The notes under the pieces: model-generated
Seen by the model: the letters and a program-made list of their open reading frames with translations, nothing else
The model's database searches: none
What the model was told of the DNA's origin: nothing
Source of the DNA: a virus
Lineage: Duplodnaviria > Caudoviricetes
Virus record (IMG/VR): IMGVR_UViG_3300036861_000141
Span: 1 to 58,565 of that record
Strand: one strand, 5' to 3'
DNA length: 58,565 nucleotides
Part shown: positions 38,096-47,268 of the stretch, piece after piece
Numbering within the stretch: position 1 is the first letter of the stretch
Layout of the letters: every line of letters starts with the position of its first letter
Translations under genes and position numbers: made by a program

Positions 38096-38545
38096 ATGGC
38101 GGCACAGGCCTGGAAACTTTTTAATCTCGCAAAGAAAAAAATCGGAAACGGCACGATCAATCTGGCGTCCACAGCGTTCCGCATGACGCTGCACACCTCG
38201 GCGTCTAACTTCGCCACGCGGACGCTCGGTGTCTATGGCTCGTTGACTAACGAGGTCACAGAAGCCAACGGCTACTCATCGTCCGGCAAAGCTCTGACTG
38301 GTGAAGTGTGGACGGTTGGCGCATCCGCACAGCAGTACAAGTTCGATGTGGATGATGTGGTCTGGACAGGCACCGGTGGCGCCATCAACAACATCAAGGG
38401 CGCGGTGATCTGGCTGTCCGGCGCATCGGCCAACGGACGGCACTTGTTGTGTTTTGCCTCGCTAACAAGCTCACAGTTTAATTTGGCGTCCGGTAATACA
38501 CTAACCTTGCAGGTGAATAGTGCGGGGGTATTTACTTTAACCTGA
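38096..38545 (+). CDS. Conserved small virion structural protein
   Basis: AAGGAG RBS; NG.INL.S..FRMTL...NEV...NGY..GK.L...FD.DDV.W...G.TLTL.....GVFTL pattern. Confidence 0.6.
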   Translation: MAAQAWKLFNLAKKKIGNGTINLASTAFRMTLHTSASNFATRTLGVYGSLTNEVTEANGYSSSGKALTGEVWTVGASAQQYKFDVDDVVWTGTGGAINNIKGAVIWLSGASANGRHLLCFASLTSSQFNLASGNTLTLQVNSAGVFTLT

Positions 38546-38565
38546 AGGTAGTATAGAGTGTTGGC

Positions 38566-39432
38566 ATGCCAACACTTATTACATCTACGAAGTGCTTTCA
38601 GGATGAAGACGGCCAATGGTGGTATCGGCTGAAGAACGGCGGGCGGACTCGCACGGAACCAAAGGTGTGTCCTCAATGCGGAAAAACATTCGTCGGCTAT
38701 CTGCAGAAACACTGTTCGCGAACATGCGCTGGCGCCTCTCTTCGTTCGCCGTCGAAGCCAAAGCCGCAGTGTGTTCAGTGCCGGTCAGAGTTTCAGCCGA
38801 CTGGTGGAGGCCAGCGGTTCTGTTCGCATACGTGTGCAGCTACATGGATGCACGCACACAGGCCACAAACTACGGCGCCGGACGATACCGTGCTCGTAAA
38901 CGCCGACAACCCTCGATATTCACAGGATCAGTCGGGGCAGTGGTGGTACACGCCGCAATCACCGACTGGTAAAGCGCATAGTCGAACACGAGCCAAAGTT
39001 GGGCAATGTCAACGATGCGGGCAGCAGTTTCTCAAGACGGTTTATAGCAAAGACGTCATGTTTTGCAGCCGTTCATGCGCCGTTAAGACGGCTGTAGCAG
39101 AGGGGCGAAAAGTAGAAAGTGGAGCGAAGTCTCATCGCTGGCAAGGAGGGAGACGGAAACTCCCGAGCGGTTACGTCGTCATCTATTGTCCAGGCCATCC
39201 GTCAATTAAGGTCGGGACTCGTAAGTACGTCGCTGAGCATCGACTAGTGATGGAAAAAGAGTTGGGACGGTATCTCGAGGCGCACGAGCAAGTGCATCAC
39301 AAGAACGGCGTGCGCGACGACAACCGTATTGAGAACCTTGAGTTGTGGCGGCATCAGCAGCCTGCAGGACAGCGCGCGCATGAACAGCAGCACTGCCCAA
39401 CTTGTACCTGCTTCACGAAAGGCGAGTCATGA
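38566..39432 (+). CDS. HNH homing endonuclease with Zn-finger repeats
   Basis: Several CxxC...CSxxC motifs; duplicated QDxxGQWWY; YVAEHRLVME..LGRYL...EQVHHKNG.RDDNRIENLELW. Confidence 0.92.
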   Translation: MPTLITSTKCFQDEDGQWWYRLKNGGRTRTEPKVCPQCGKTFVGYLQKHCSRTCAGASLRSPSKPKPQCVQCRSEFQPTGGGQRFCSHTCAATWMHAHRPQTTAPDDTVLVNADNPRYSQDQSGQWWYTPQSPTGKAHSRTRAKVGQCQRCGQQFLKTVYSKDVMFCSRSCAVKTAVAEGRKVESGAKSHRWQGGRRKLPSGYVVIYCPGHPSIKVGTRKYVAEHRLVMEKELGRYLEAHEQVHHKNGVRDDNRIENLELWRHQQPAGQRAHEQQHCPTCTCFTKGES

Positions 39433-39541
39433 ACATTGTGAAGTGGTATCTCGATGGCTATGGGCCAGGACGCGTGCTTCGTAGCTTCGTGATCCTGATG
39501 GTGTTCCTCGGCATCGTAGCACTCGTGGCGTTGGTGAAGTC

Positions 39542-39898
39542 GTGACAACCAAACTCGTACTGCGCGTGCTCAGCGCCGCTGGCGAACTCCTCGGCTGGAC
39601 AGAGGTGCAGGCAGAGGCGCGTGGTGATGGAGCGTTGTGGGCGCGCACGCCTCCGCTGGTGCCGATTGACGATCCAGGTACTCCAGCCGTCCTGTCGATT
39701 CACTGGGCGGATGTAAACGTGGAGTTGCGCGTGCCCTACGAGTCAGGGCCAGTAACTCCTGGGATGGTACTGGAGATTCCCAATACAACGCCGTTGGTGA
39801 AAGTTGGTTCACCGCCAGTGTCTCTTCCGCCTGTGACCTTACGCGCGAGGATTGCGGTGAGTGTTCCGGTGGCGTCGGTCGGTGCCTTGTCTCAGTGA
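39542..39898 (+). CDS. Hypothetical tail-region protein
   Basis: Co-oriented ORF just before the tail-tip gene. Confidence 0.5.
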   Translation: MTTKLVLRVLSAAGELLGWTEVQAEARGDGALWARTPPLVPIDDPGTPAVLSIHWADVNVELRVPYESGPVTPGMVLEIPNTTPLVKVGSPPVSLPPVTLRARIAVSVPVASVGALSQ

Positions 39899-39903
39899 GG
39901 TAA

Positions 39904-42744
39904 ATGGCTCTCGGCTTTTCGTATCGAGCGTCGGTATACAGCACGACGGCCGCGGCGTCGTACGCCACCACAGGTACATACACACCTGCCGCTGGATCGT
40001 TGCTCGTGGCCTGTGTGGTTGGGGCTGGGAGCACAACCGATCCGAACCACGCCACACCATTTAGCGGCCACGGTGTCTCGTGGACAAAACTGACACTCTC
40101 GGCCAATGCGCTCTCGACGACACACGCGATCTCGATCTGGGTAGCGAACGCTGGCGCCTCACCGTCGAGTGCTGCTTGCACGGCTCAGTGGACCACTAAT
40201 CGCACTGGCGCATCAATCATTGAATATGAGGTGACTGGCGCCGATCTCACTGCTGGTGCCGTTGCGGCGATCGTTCAGAATCCCACGAATACCGGCACAG
40301 GCACATCAGGCACGTTGTCCTTGTCAGCCGCTGCTAATTCTGCCAATAGGCTGCTAGCGTTCTTTGCTCACCTAGCTAACGAAGCCACCACACCGCGAGC
40401 AAGTTGGACTGAACCGGCTGGATCAGACGGCAACTTTAATAACCCGTCAACAGGCGCGGAAGGCCAATTTCGATCAGATGCGTTTGAGACCACGGCATCC
40501 GCGTCGTGGGCAACGAGTTCCGTCTGGCGTGGCGTGGCGCTCGAGATTGCCGCCTCTATCGCGGTCACGTTGTCACTGGGCGTTGGATCCGTTACCGCTG
40601 GTGGACAGTCGGTCGGGGTTGGATTCCTCGGTACTGGCACTGGAACGGCGGCTGTGGCTGGTCTCGCACCCAGCCTGTCAATCAATGTTGCGAACACGCA
40701 GATCCAAATTCCAGCCGCTGCCGTACTTGTTCAAGGGCAACTACCAACTCCAGGGATTAGTGGTGGCCTCACGTCAGTCCCTGCCGGGACACTCTCGGTT
40801 GGAGGTCAATCGGTTGGCCTGACATTCAGAGGTCCAGCCACAGGGGCGCTGGTCAGCACTGGAGTGGCGCCTACTGTCTCGATCGGCTCGACTGGCACCG
40901 GGACTGCCATCCAGATTCCAGCCGGCACGCTGACGGGCGCAGGCACGTACGTTGATGTCCTCTTCCTCGGGCCTGATACCGGGACGCTTGCGTTTACTGG
41001 CTATGTCCCGGTGGCCTTTGCCGGAATAAAGCCGGTTCCAGCAGGCGCGGTTGTTGTTCTTGGGCAAGCGCCAACACTTCATACGCGCGTTGGACAGCCC
41101 TCTGGCACGCTCACGCTCGCCGGCTTGGCGCCTGCGGTCCTGCAGCCAGGCCCAGGCATTATCGGACTGCTTCAGGGATCGATCACAGTTACGGGACGAG
41201 CGCCGATCGTTGCGGTGATCGGGAATCTCGTTGTCGCGATTCCTGCTGGAGCGGCGGGTGTCACAGGATACGCGCCTGCTATTGGCACCACTGGCGCCAC
41301 GATCCGCATCGTGATCGGCGGAATCGATCAGACGCTGAAGTTGCGGATCAACACGCTCAATTACACGGATGAACTGAACAGCCGCAACACCCTGACCTGC
41401 GAACTGAACGATTTAGCTGGTACCTATCATCCGACCGTTGGGCAAGAAGTCATTCTGTACGACATCGACGGGGTCTCGCGGCTCTTCGCTGGCACGATTG
41501 ACGAGCCGGAAGAAATTACCGTGATGCGGAAGCCCACCGATACGCCGGTGAACATCATCCGGCTGACGGCGGTGGACTTCAACCAGCTGGCAGATCGGCA
41601 CTTAGCGGCAGAGTCCTACGATAACCAAACCTTCGGCGTCATCGTCACGGATCTGATTACGCAGTATCTTGGATCCGAAGGCGTCACGATTGCCACGATT
41701 GATGCGGGGCCAACCTTCGTCCGCAAAGTCTTCAACTATCGGGCGATTTCCGATTGCCTGAACGAACTCAGTGAAGACACGGGTTATAGCTGGTGGATTG
41801 ATTACGACAAGACGTTCCACTTCCGCCAACGAGAAGCGCTCGCCGCGCCGTTCAGCGTGAGCCTGAGTAACAGCACGATCCGTAAGGTCTCTGTCAAGAC
41901 CTCAAGAGGCACCTATCGCAACCGGCAATACATTAGGGCCGGACGCGACATCACGGATGTTCTCGTGGAGACGTTCAGAGGGGACAACGTACGGCAGACC
42001 TTTAACGTCGGATTCCCAATAGGCGAAGAACCCACGGTCCTGTTGAACGGTGTTCCAGAAACGATCGGGATCAGGGGCGTTGATGATGACAACGCCTTCC
42101 AGTGGTACTGGAATAAGGACGCCTCAGAGGTCTCCCAGCGGAGCTCGAGTGTGCCACCGACCACAAGCGACAGTCTTGCGATTGCCTATCGCGGGCTCTA
42201 TCCCGTTCTAGTCCAAGCGCAAGACGACGCACGGATCATGGAGCGGCAGTCAGTTGAGGGTGGGTCAGGACTCTACGAAGCCATTGATGATTACCGCGAC
42301 ATTGATGATGCCGATCTGGCCTTCAGCACGGCGATGGCCAAGATTCAACGGCATGGGTTGATCAGAAAAACGATCACCTTTGAGACCGACGAGGACGGGC
42401 TCTCCTCAAGCCAACTGATTACCGTCACGTTACCGCAGCACAACGTGGATGGGGATTTCCTCATCCAGTCGGTTAGAGCCATAGACGTCAACGGGAAGTT
42501 CCTGCGTTACACCGTCAGCGTGATTGATGGCGACGCCGTGGGTGGCTGGCTTGTTTTCTATCAACGAATCATGGCGGCTCGGCGTGAATCGGTCGAGCGG
42601 GATAACGAACTCCTCCTGCTCCTGCGATCCATGCCGGATGTCGTGATTGCCGGCGACAGTTTCCTCCAAGATACGCCCGTCGCCAAAGAAACTCGGATCG
42701 GTCTCGCCCAGATCGGGCAATCCGAAATCGGGGTGACGGTATGA
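39904..42744 (+). CDS. Tail tip/hub protein with N-terminal beta-sandwich and GxAP repeats
   Basis: C-terminal half has hub-like motifs (LFAGTID, WWIDYDKTFHF, YRNRQYIRAG); N-terminal half resembles 13869..15971. Confidence 0.75.
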   Translation: MALGFSYRASVYSTTAAASYATTGTYTPAAGSLLVACVVGAGSTTDPNHATPFSGHGVSWTKLTLSANALSTTHAISIWVANAGASPSSAACTAQWTTNRTGASIIEYEVTGADLTAGAVAAIVQNPTNTGTGTSGTLSLSAAANSANRLLAFFAHLANEATTPRASWTEPAGSDGNFNNPSTGAEGQFRSDAFETTASASWATSSVWRGVALEIAASIAVTLSLGVGSVTAGGQSVGVGFLGTGTGTAAVAGLAPSLSINVANTQIQIPAAAVLVQGQLPTPGISGGLTSVPAGTLSVGGQSVGLTFRGPATGALVSTGVAPTVSIGSTGTGTAIQIPAGTLTGAGTYVDVLFLGPDTGTLAFTGYVPVAFAGIKPVPAGAVVVLGQAPTLHTRVGQPSGTLTLAGLAPAVLQPGPGIIGLLQGSITVTGRAPIVAVIGNLVVAIPAGAAGVTGYAPAIGTTGATIRIVIGGIDQTLKLRINTLNYTDELNSRNTLTCELNDLAGTYHPTVGQEVILYDIDGVSRLFAGTIDEPEEITVMRKPTDTPVNIIRLTAVDFNQLADRHLAAESYDNQTFGVIVTDLITQYLGSEGVTIATIDAGPTFVRKVFNYRAISDCLNELSEDTGYSWWIDYDKTFHFRQREALAAPFSVSLSNSTIRKVSVKTSRGTYRNRQYIRAGRDITDVLVETFRGDNVRQTFNVGFPIGEEPTVLLNGVPETIGIRGVDDDNAFQWYWNKDASEVSQRSSSVPPTTSDSLAIAYRGLYPVLVQAQDDARIMERQSVEGGSGLYEAIDDYRDIDDADLAFSTAMAKIQRHGLIRKTITFETDEDGLSSSQLITVTLPQHNVDGDFLIQSVRAIDVNGKFLRYTVSVIDGDAVGGWLVFYQRIMAARRESVERDNELLLLLRSMPDVVIAGDSFLQDTPVAKETRIGLAQIGQSEIGVTV

Positions 42745-43199
42745 GGATAGCTGAGTGCGTTCAGCCACAGGTCAATGTTCATGCGTACGTCATGGATGCG
42801 GTGACTGGGGCCGCGTTGCGAACGATGGCGGCTCATAACCTCGTAGTGCTGGCGGGTCGGAACATTCTCCGAGATGCCATTTTTGGCGAGAGCGTAATCC
42901 CCTATCCGACTCGGTTCGCGGTGGGCACAGGGGTGACCGCGGTGAATGCGGCTCAGGTGCAACTCGTGAACGAAGTGTGGCGGGACGTGTTCACGACGAA
43001 GACCAAGAGCGAAGCCCAGGTTGAGATCCGGTATTTCCTGACTGCCACCACGGCGAACGGGAACACGCTCAATGAGGCCGGGCTCTTTTCGGCTCCGACT
43101 GGCGGGACGATGTATGCCCGCGTCCTGTTCTCTGAGCCAATCGCGAAAACCAGCAGTATTGCCGTCCTGTACGTTTGGACATTAAGTTGGAGCACCTAA
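42741..43199 (+). CDS. Tail tip / fibre attachment protein
   Basis: HNLVV.AGR...FAVGTG...ANG.TL.EAGLF...GGTMYAR....PIAKT......Y.WTL. Confidence 0.7.
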   Translation: MRIAECVQPQVNVHAYVMDAVTGAALRTMAAHNLVVLAGRNILRDAIFGESVIPYPTRFAVGTGVTAVNAAQVQLVNEVWRDVFTTKTKSEAQVEIRYFLTATTANGNTLNEAGLFSAPTGGTMYARVLFSEPIAKTSSIAVLYVWTLSWST

Positions 43200-43200
43200 C

Positions 43201-43998
43201 GTGTCTCTGTGGCTTGATGGCGACAACCAGACTGAGAAACGGCGCAATCGAGAGTCTGTGCCGATCAGGCTTTTGCATCCGGTGTTTGATATTGCCAATG
43301 GCGGATCAGTCACAGCCACAGTGAAGTCTGTTGATGGGGATGATGTGGTATCTGGCGAGACGACGCATTACACAGCCAGCACAGGCATATCTGCGGCGAT
43401 CGTCTACAGCATCACGCTGGCTAATAACCAGGCGGCCTCAAGACAGGCGAGCGTTCACCTGATTGAGTCTGGTGGGTCGCGCACCGTTGCCAATCGGATC
43501 TTTTCCGATAGCCTCGCTGCTGGTGAGACTGTTGTGCTACAGGGACCGTGGTTCCTTGATCCTTCCGATACGATTCGGTCGATCTCGTCCGATGCGGCGG
43601 CGAATGAAGTCGGCCTCCGCGCCGAAGTCCTCGAGCTCGCATCTGCTGTGTCTGGTGTGACGTTCAAAGTGATAGACGGTGTGGCGTTGACGACCAGTAT
43701 CGCATCTCAGTATGCGTGCCCATCATCTAATGTGCAGCATGCAGACGTGGTGGCCATCACCTTATGCAATACCGATTCATCGGCGCGCACGGCCACGGTG
43801 GAGATTCGACCGAGCGGGGGATCGCAAACAGATCGACAGAACGTAATGGCGCAATCGCTCTTTGCGGGCGAGTCCGTGATCGCGTTCGGTGTGGATCAGG
43901 CGATTGTCCTTGAACCTTCAGACGCAGTCTATGCAAAGGCATCCACGGGAGCCGTGGTGAGTTGTCGCGTGACGGTCGTTGAATACGCGACGAGTTAA
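43201..43998 (+). CDS. Virion protein with two tandem beta-sandwich domains
   Basis: Internal duplication: ITLAN...SL.AGE.V...LDPSD versus ITLCN...SL.AGE.V...LEPSD. Confidence 0.6.
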   Translation: MSLWLDGDNQTEKRRNRESVPIRLLHPVFDIANGGSVTATVKSVDGDDVVSGETTHYTASTGISAAIVYSITLANNQAASRQASVHLIESGGSRTVANRIFSDSLAAGETVVLQGPWFLDPSDTIRSISSDAAANEVGLRAEVLELASAVSGVTFKVIDGVALTTSIASQYACPSSNVQHADVVAITLCNTDSSARTATVEIRPSGGSQTDRQNVMAQSLFAGESVIAFGVDQAIVLEPSDAVYAKASTGAVVSCRVTVVEYATS

Positions 43999-44007
43999 AG
44001 GAGCCGT

Positions 44008-44649
44008 GTGGCTGGTATCGTCCGAACCTTCATCAACGCCTCACGACTCGCGGTGGGTACCGTTCCGACCGCTCGGCTCGGATCCCAATCCGCTAGTGTC
44101 CGGTCGTTTCTCCGAGGTGACCAACAGTGGGCCGGGGCCGATTCCGTCATCGCCGTGAAGACTGCTGACACTGAGGTCGTTAATACGGTTACGACGACGA
44201 CTGTCTTCACGACGAGCATCCCTGGTGGAACGCTTGGCACGCAGGGGGCACTCGAAATCGAACTAATGGGAAACGTCGAGAACAACTCCGGTGGGACGCG
44301 GTCGCCGTCGATGGCGATGAACTACGGCGGCCAGTCGGTGTTCAGTGGCGTGTTCGGTTCGTTGAACGATGCGACGAATCGCGCACCGTGGATCGTGCGT
44401 GCGGTGATCTACGCCCAGAACAGCGAGTCGGTCCAACGCGCGAGCCTGACATCGTTCCTCGGTATTGGCGACGACGCCGATGGAGGCGGCATCACAGCGC
44501 AATCAACGATGCGTGGCGGCTTCAATAGGGCGCTGACCGTCAGTAGCGGCGGCACTCAAACACTGGAGATCACTGTGACGCCCGATCTGGCGCATGCCAA
44601 CTTCAGTGTGCGTGTGGATTCGGTCAGAGTTAAGGCGTTGTACGCCTAG
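44008..44649 (+). CDS. Minor tail / fibre-like protein
   Basis: GTVPTARLGS......FLRGDQQW motif typical of phage fibres; AAGGAG RBS. Confidence 0.65.
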   Translation: MAGIVRTFINASRLAVGTVPTARLGSQSASVRSFLRGDQQWAGADSVIAVKTADTEVVNTVTTTTVFTTSIPGGTLGTQGALEIELMGNVENNSGGTRSPSMAMNYGGQSVFSGVFGSLNDATNRAPWIVRAVIYAQNSESVQRASLTSFLGIGDDADGGGITAQSTMRGGFNRALTVSSGGTQTLEITVTPDLAHANFSVRVDSVRVKALYA

Positions 44650-44655
44650 TGTGAA

Positions 44656-44809
44656 GACCTGAGAGAGCGGCCGACGTCCCGTGTCACCGGAACGCCGGCC
44701 AGGCGAGCTACGCAGGAAAGACGGTCCTGCGGTTCACCCGCCCGATCAGATTCTGGCAGGAACCGCGAGGAGCAGTTGCACGGTTTCTGAGGGGATGGGT
44801 GAACGGGTC
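44656..44809 (+). ncRNA. Multi-branched structured leader before the lysis cassette
   Basis: Stems GACC/GGUC, GGCCG/CGGCC, CGCAGGA/UCCUGCG, GUUCACCCG/UGGGUGAAC and AGGAACCG/CGGUUUCU. Confidence 0.5.
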
Positions 44810-45190
44810 ATGGACTGGTATCAGGGCGTACAGGTTGGCCAGTCAATTCTCGTTGGGCTGGCCGGTATCTTTGTCTGGGTCTGGGGTCGCCAGCAGAAAG
44901 CCGAACGCGAACTACTTGAGGGGCGTTTCCAGCGGATTCTCGAGCGGCAAGAGGAGCATGAGGAGGAGTTTAACCGGCGGCTCGATTCGATTAACCACCA
45001 GTTGTCATCGCGGTTGTTGCCGGCGATTCAGGATTTGATTGCACGAGTTGATCGGATGCCGGATGAACTGCGGGTGAAGTTTCTGCCGCTGGATCGGGCG
45101 ATGGATTTGATCGAGGAGTCGCGGCGCGATCGGGCTGCGCTCTGGAATGAAATCACGAAACGCGGAGGCCGTAGAGGCCCACGGGAGTGA
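44810..45190 (+). CDS. N-terminal TM plus coiled-coil protein (lysis-associated)
   Basis: One TM (ILVGLAGIFVWVW) and a charged helix. Confidence 0.65.
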   Translation: MDWYQGVQVGQSILVGLAGIFVWVWGRQQKAERELLEGRFQRILERQEEHEEEFNRRLDSINHQLSSRLLPAIQDLIARVDRMPDELRVKFLPLDRAMDLIEESRRDRAALWNEITKRGGRRGPRE

Positions 45191-45368
45191 GAGGAGACGA
45201 CATGGCAAAGAAAGCCGACGTGATCCAAAGAAGTTATCTCCAAGAGCACTGGGATCGGCTCCTGTCGCGCAACGATGTGTCTCCGGTCGTCAAGGCGTTT
45301 ATTCGGAAAGAGAAGCGGTGGCTGCACGCTGCGCTCAAGCGGGCCGCGTCACCGGGAGGGTTGGGGAA

Positions 45369-45503
45369 ATGAGTCTGTCTATCGATCTCGTGTTGCTCGT
45401 GCTGGCGTTGATCTGCTTCGTCGCGTCTACGTTTGGCGTGACGTCCAAGGCGAATCTTCAGTCAGCAGGCTTGGCGCTCTGGGTGTTGTCCATCCTGATT
45501 TGA
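45369..45503 (+). CDS. Small two-TM protein
   Basis: MSLSIDLVLLVLALICFVASTFGV...LQSAGLALWVLSILI. Confidence 0.6.
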   Translation: MSLSIDLVLLVLALICFVASTFGVTSKANLQSAGLALWVLSILI

Positions 45504-45510
45504 GGTTCAC

Positions 45511-45825
45511 ATGGAACTGTTAACACCCGTCCACAAAGAGGCGACGGTCAAGCACGCGAAGCGATTTGGCGGCTGGTGGTTAGGATGCCTAGTGCTCATC
45601 GGCGTGATTGGCCTGTATGCGAATCAACAGTTGCCGGTGTTGATGTTCAAAGCGGCGCAGGTATGCCTCGGTCTGATGCTCGCCTACGTGGCCGATCGCA
45701 CGCTGTTCAGTAACGCGCCCAACATCTCCTGCGAGATGCCGACAGATATGGTGGGCGCAGCGCGCATTGTGGCGCGGGCCATTGTTGCGCTCGCTGTCAT
45801 CGTAGGACTCACGGTCGGGATCTGA
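45511..45825 (+). CDS. Putative holin
   Basis: Three hydrophobic helices; stop overlaps the endolysin start. Confidence 0.7.
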   Translation: MELLTPVHKEATVKHAKRFGGWWLGCLVLIGVIGLYANQQLPVLMFKAAQVCLGLMLAYVADRTLFSNAPNISCEMPTDMVGAARIVARAIVALAVIVGLTVGI

Positions 45826-46430
45826 TGCGCGTTGTGCTGCTGACATTTACGCTGATCGCGGTGGATGTGCCGGTGTGGGCGCAAGTGATCCCGCGTGCCG
45901 CGCTGCAATATAAGCGGGCACTAATCGGGAATGCTCGGTTAGTGTGGGGGCTCGATGCGCCGGTCAGTTTGCTCGCGAGCCAAGTGCATCAAGAATCGGG
46001 TTGGAATCCGAACGCGAAGAGTGCGTACGCGAATGGACTCAGTCAGTTTACGCCGTCGAGTTCCAAATGGATCTCTGAGTTGTTTCCTGACCTTGCCGAC
46101 AATGCGCCGTTTGAGCCGAGTTGGGCACTTAGGGCTGTCAGCAGGTTTGATCGCTTTCTCTGGGAACGTGCATCGTACGCGGCTGACGAGTGCTCAAGAG
46201 CATCGCTCATGTTGTCGGGGTACAACGGCGGCGAAGGCTGGGTCGCGCGGGACCGAAAACTAGCAGCGTCTAAAGGTAAGGACGCCACTAAATGGTTCGG
46301 CAACGTCGAACTTTATAGCAGTCGAGCGTCGTGGGCCTTCACAGAAAACCGCAGGTATGTGAAGCGCATCCTGAAAGACATTCAGCCGCTCTATATCAAG
46401 GCAGGCTGGGGCGTTGGCATCTTATGTTGA
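45825..46430 (+). CDS. Endolysin, lytic transglycosylase (SLT)
   Basis: QVHQESGWNPNAKS..A.GLSQF, GYNGG, ENRRYV; N-terminal signal or SAR-like segment. Confidence 0.92.
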   Translation: MRVVLLTFTLIAVDVPVWAQVIPRAALQYKRALIGNARLVWGLDAPVSLLASQVHQESGWNPNAKSAYANGLSQFTPSSSKWISELFPDLADNAPFEPSWALRAVSRFDRFLWERASYAADECSRASLMLSGYNGGEGWVARDRKLAASKGKDATKWFGNVELYSSRASWAFTENRRYVKRILKDIQPLYIKAGWGVGILC

Positions 46431-46444
46431 CTGGAGCGAAGTAA

Positions 46445-46873
46445 ATGCCGGTCTGGCTGTTATTCACTAGGTTGCCCATGTGGGTCAAGGTTGGCGCTGG
46501 CATGGGCCTACTGCTCGCGGTGATGCAGACCGTGAACTGGTGGAACAACCGCGATCTGAAACGCGATCTTGCAAAGCAAGAAGCCCTACTGAAAGAGACG
46601 CAGGAGGCTGCGGCACGTACAGCGGTTGACCTCCAGCGCGAATCCGACAACCGCGCCAACCTTGAAGCGGTCAATGCACGGCAGAACGCCCAGATCCGAG
46701 ACATCGCGACTCGAGCCAGGCAGGCGGAAGCGGCGGCAGCCCTCGCTACGATTCGGCAACTGCAAGACGGGGAGGCTGCGGCGAATGCGCTGCGGCAACC
46801 GACGACGACGGTGCCTGTGGGAGATGTGGCGATGAATCGCTGGCTGAGTGAACGGTTCGGAGGTGTGAAGTGA
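46445..46873 (+). CDS. Putative i-spanin (Rz-like)
   Basis: N-terminal TM and long coiled coil, directly after the endolysin. Confidence 0.7.
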   Translation: MPVWLLFTRLPMWVKVGAGMGLLLAVMQTVNWWNNRDLKRDLAKQEALLKETQEAAARTAVDLQRESDNRANLEAVNARQNAQIRDIATRARQAEAAAALATIRQLQDGEAAANALRQPTTTVPVGDVAMNRWLSERFGGVK

Positions 46874-47268
46874 AGCTGTCAGGCCGGCAGGGCTTGAGAC
46901 CTGCTCAGTGTCCTCGGCAACCGTGGTTGTCCGTCACATGCCTGTTTTTAAGGCGCGTCCTTCCGCGCTGCAGCCTGACACTGGCGATTATACCGCTACT
47001 GTTCCTGATCGGGTGCCACAAGAAGCCACCCATCGTTGTGCCGCCAGAAATCAGGACGGTAGAAGTATCAGTCCCGGTCCCTGTTAAAGTTGCACCACCA
47101 GTTGAACTCCTCGCCGCCGTGAAGCCTCCGCTGCCGGTGTTTGTCTCACCCGCTGATCCGATGGCAACTTCAGGCTTGACGGCTGAGGGAGAGCGGATGC
47201 TCAGAGGACTCATCGAGGAGCTGTTGGGACGCCTCGAGGCATGGAAAGCCTGGGCGAAGGAGCCGTAA
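46870..47268 (+). CDS. Putative o-spanin lipoprotein (Rz1-like); exact start uncertain
   Basis: Lipobox LFLIG-C followed by a Pro/Val-rich segment. Confidence 0.7.
   Translation: MKLSGRQGLRPAQCPRQPWLSVTCLFLRRVLPRCSLTLAIIPLLFLIGCHKKPPIVVPPEIRTVEVSVPVPVKVAPPVELLAAVKPPLPVFVSPADPMATSGLTAEGERMLRGLIEELLGRLEAWKAWAKEP

Noticed and set aside
38546-39540. Group I intron carrying the HNH
   Set aside because: The flanking genes look complete, there is almost no non-coding space, and no group I core elements are visible. A free-standing endonuclease fits better.
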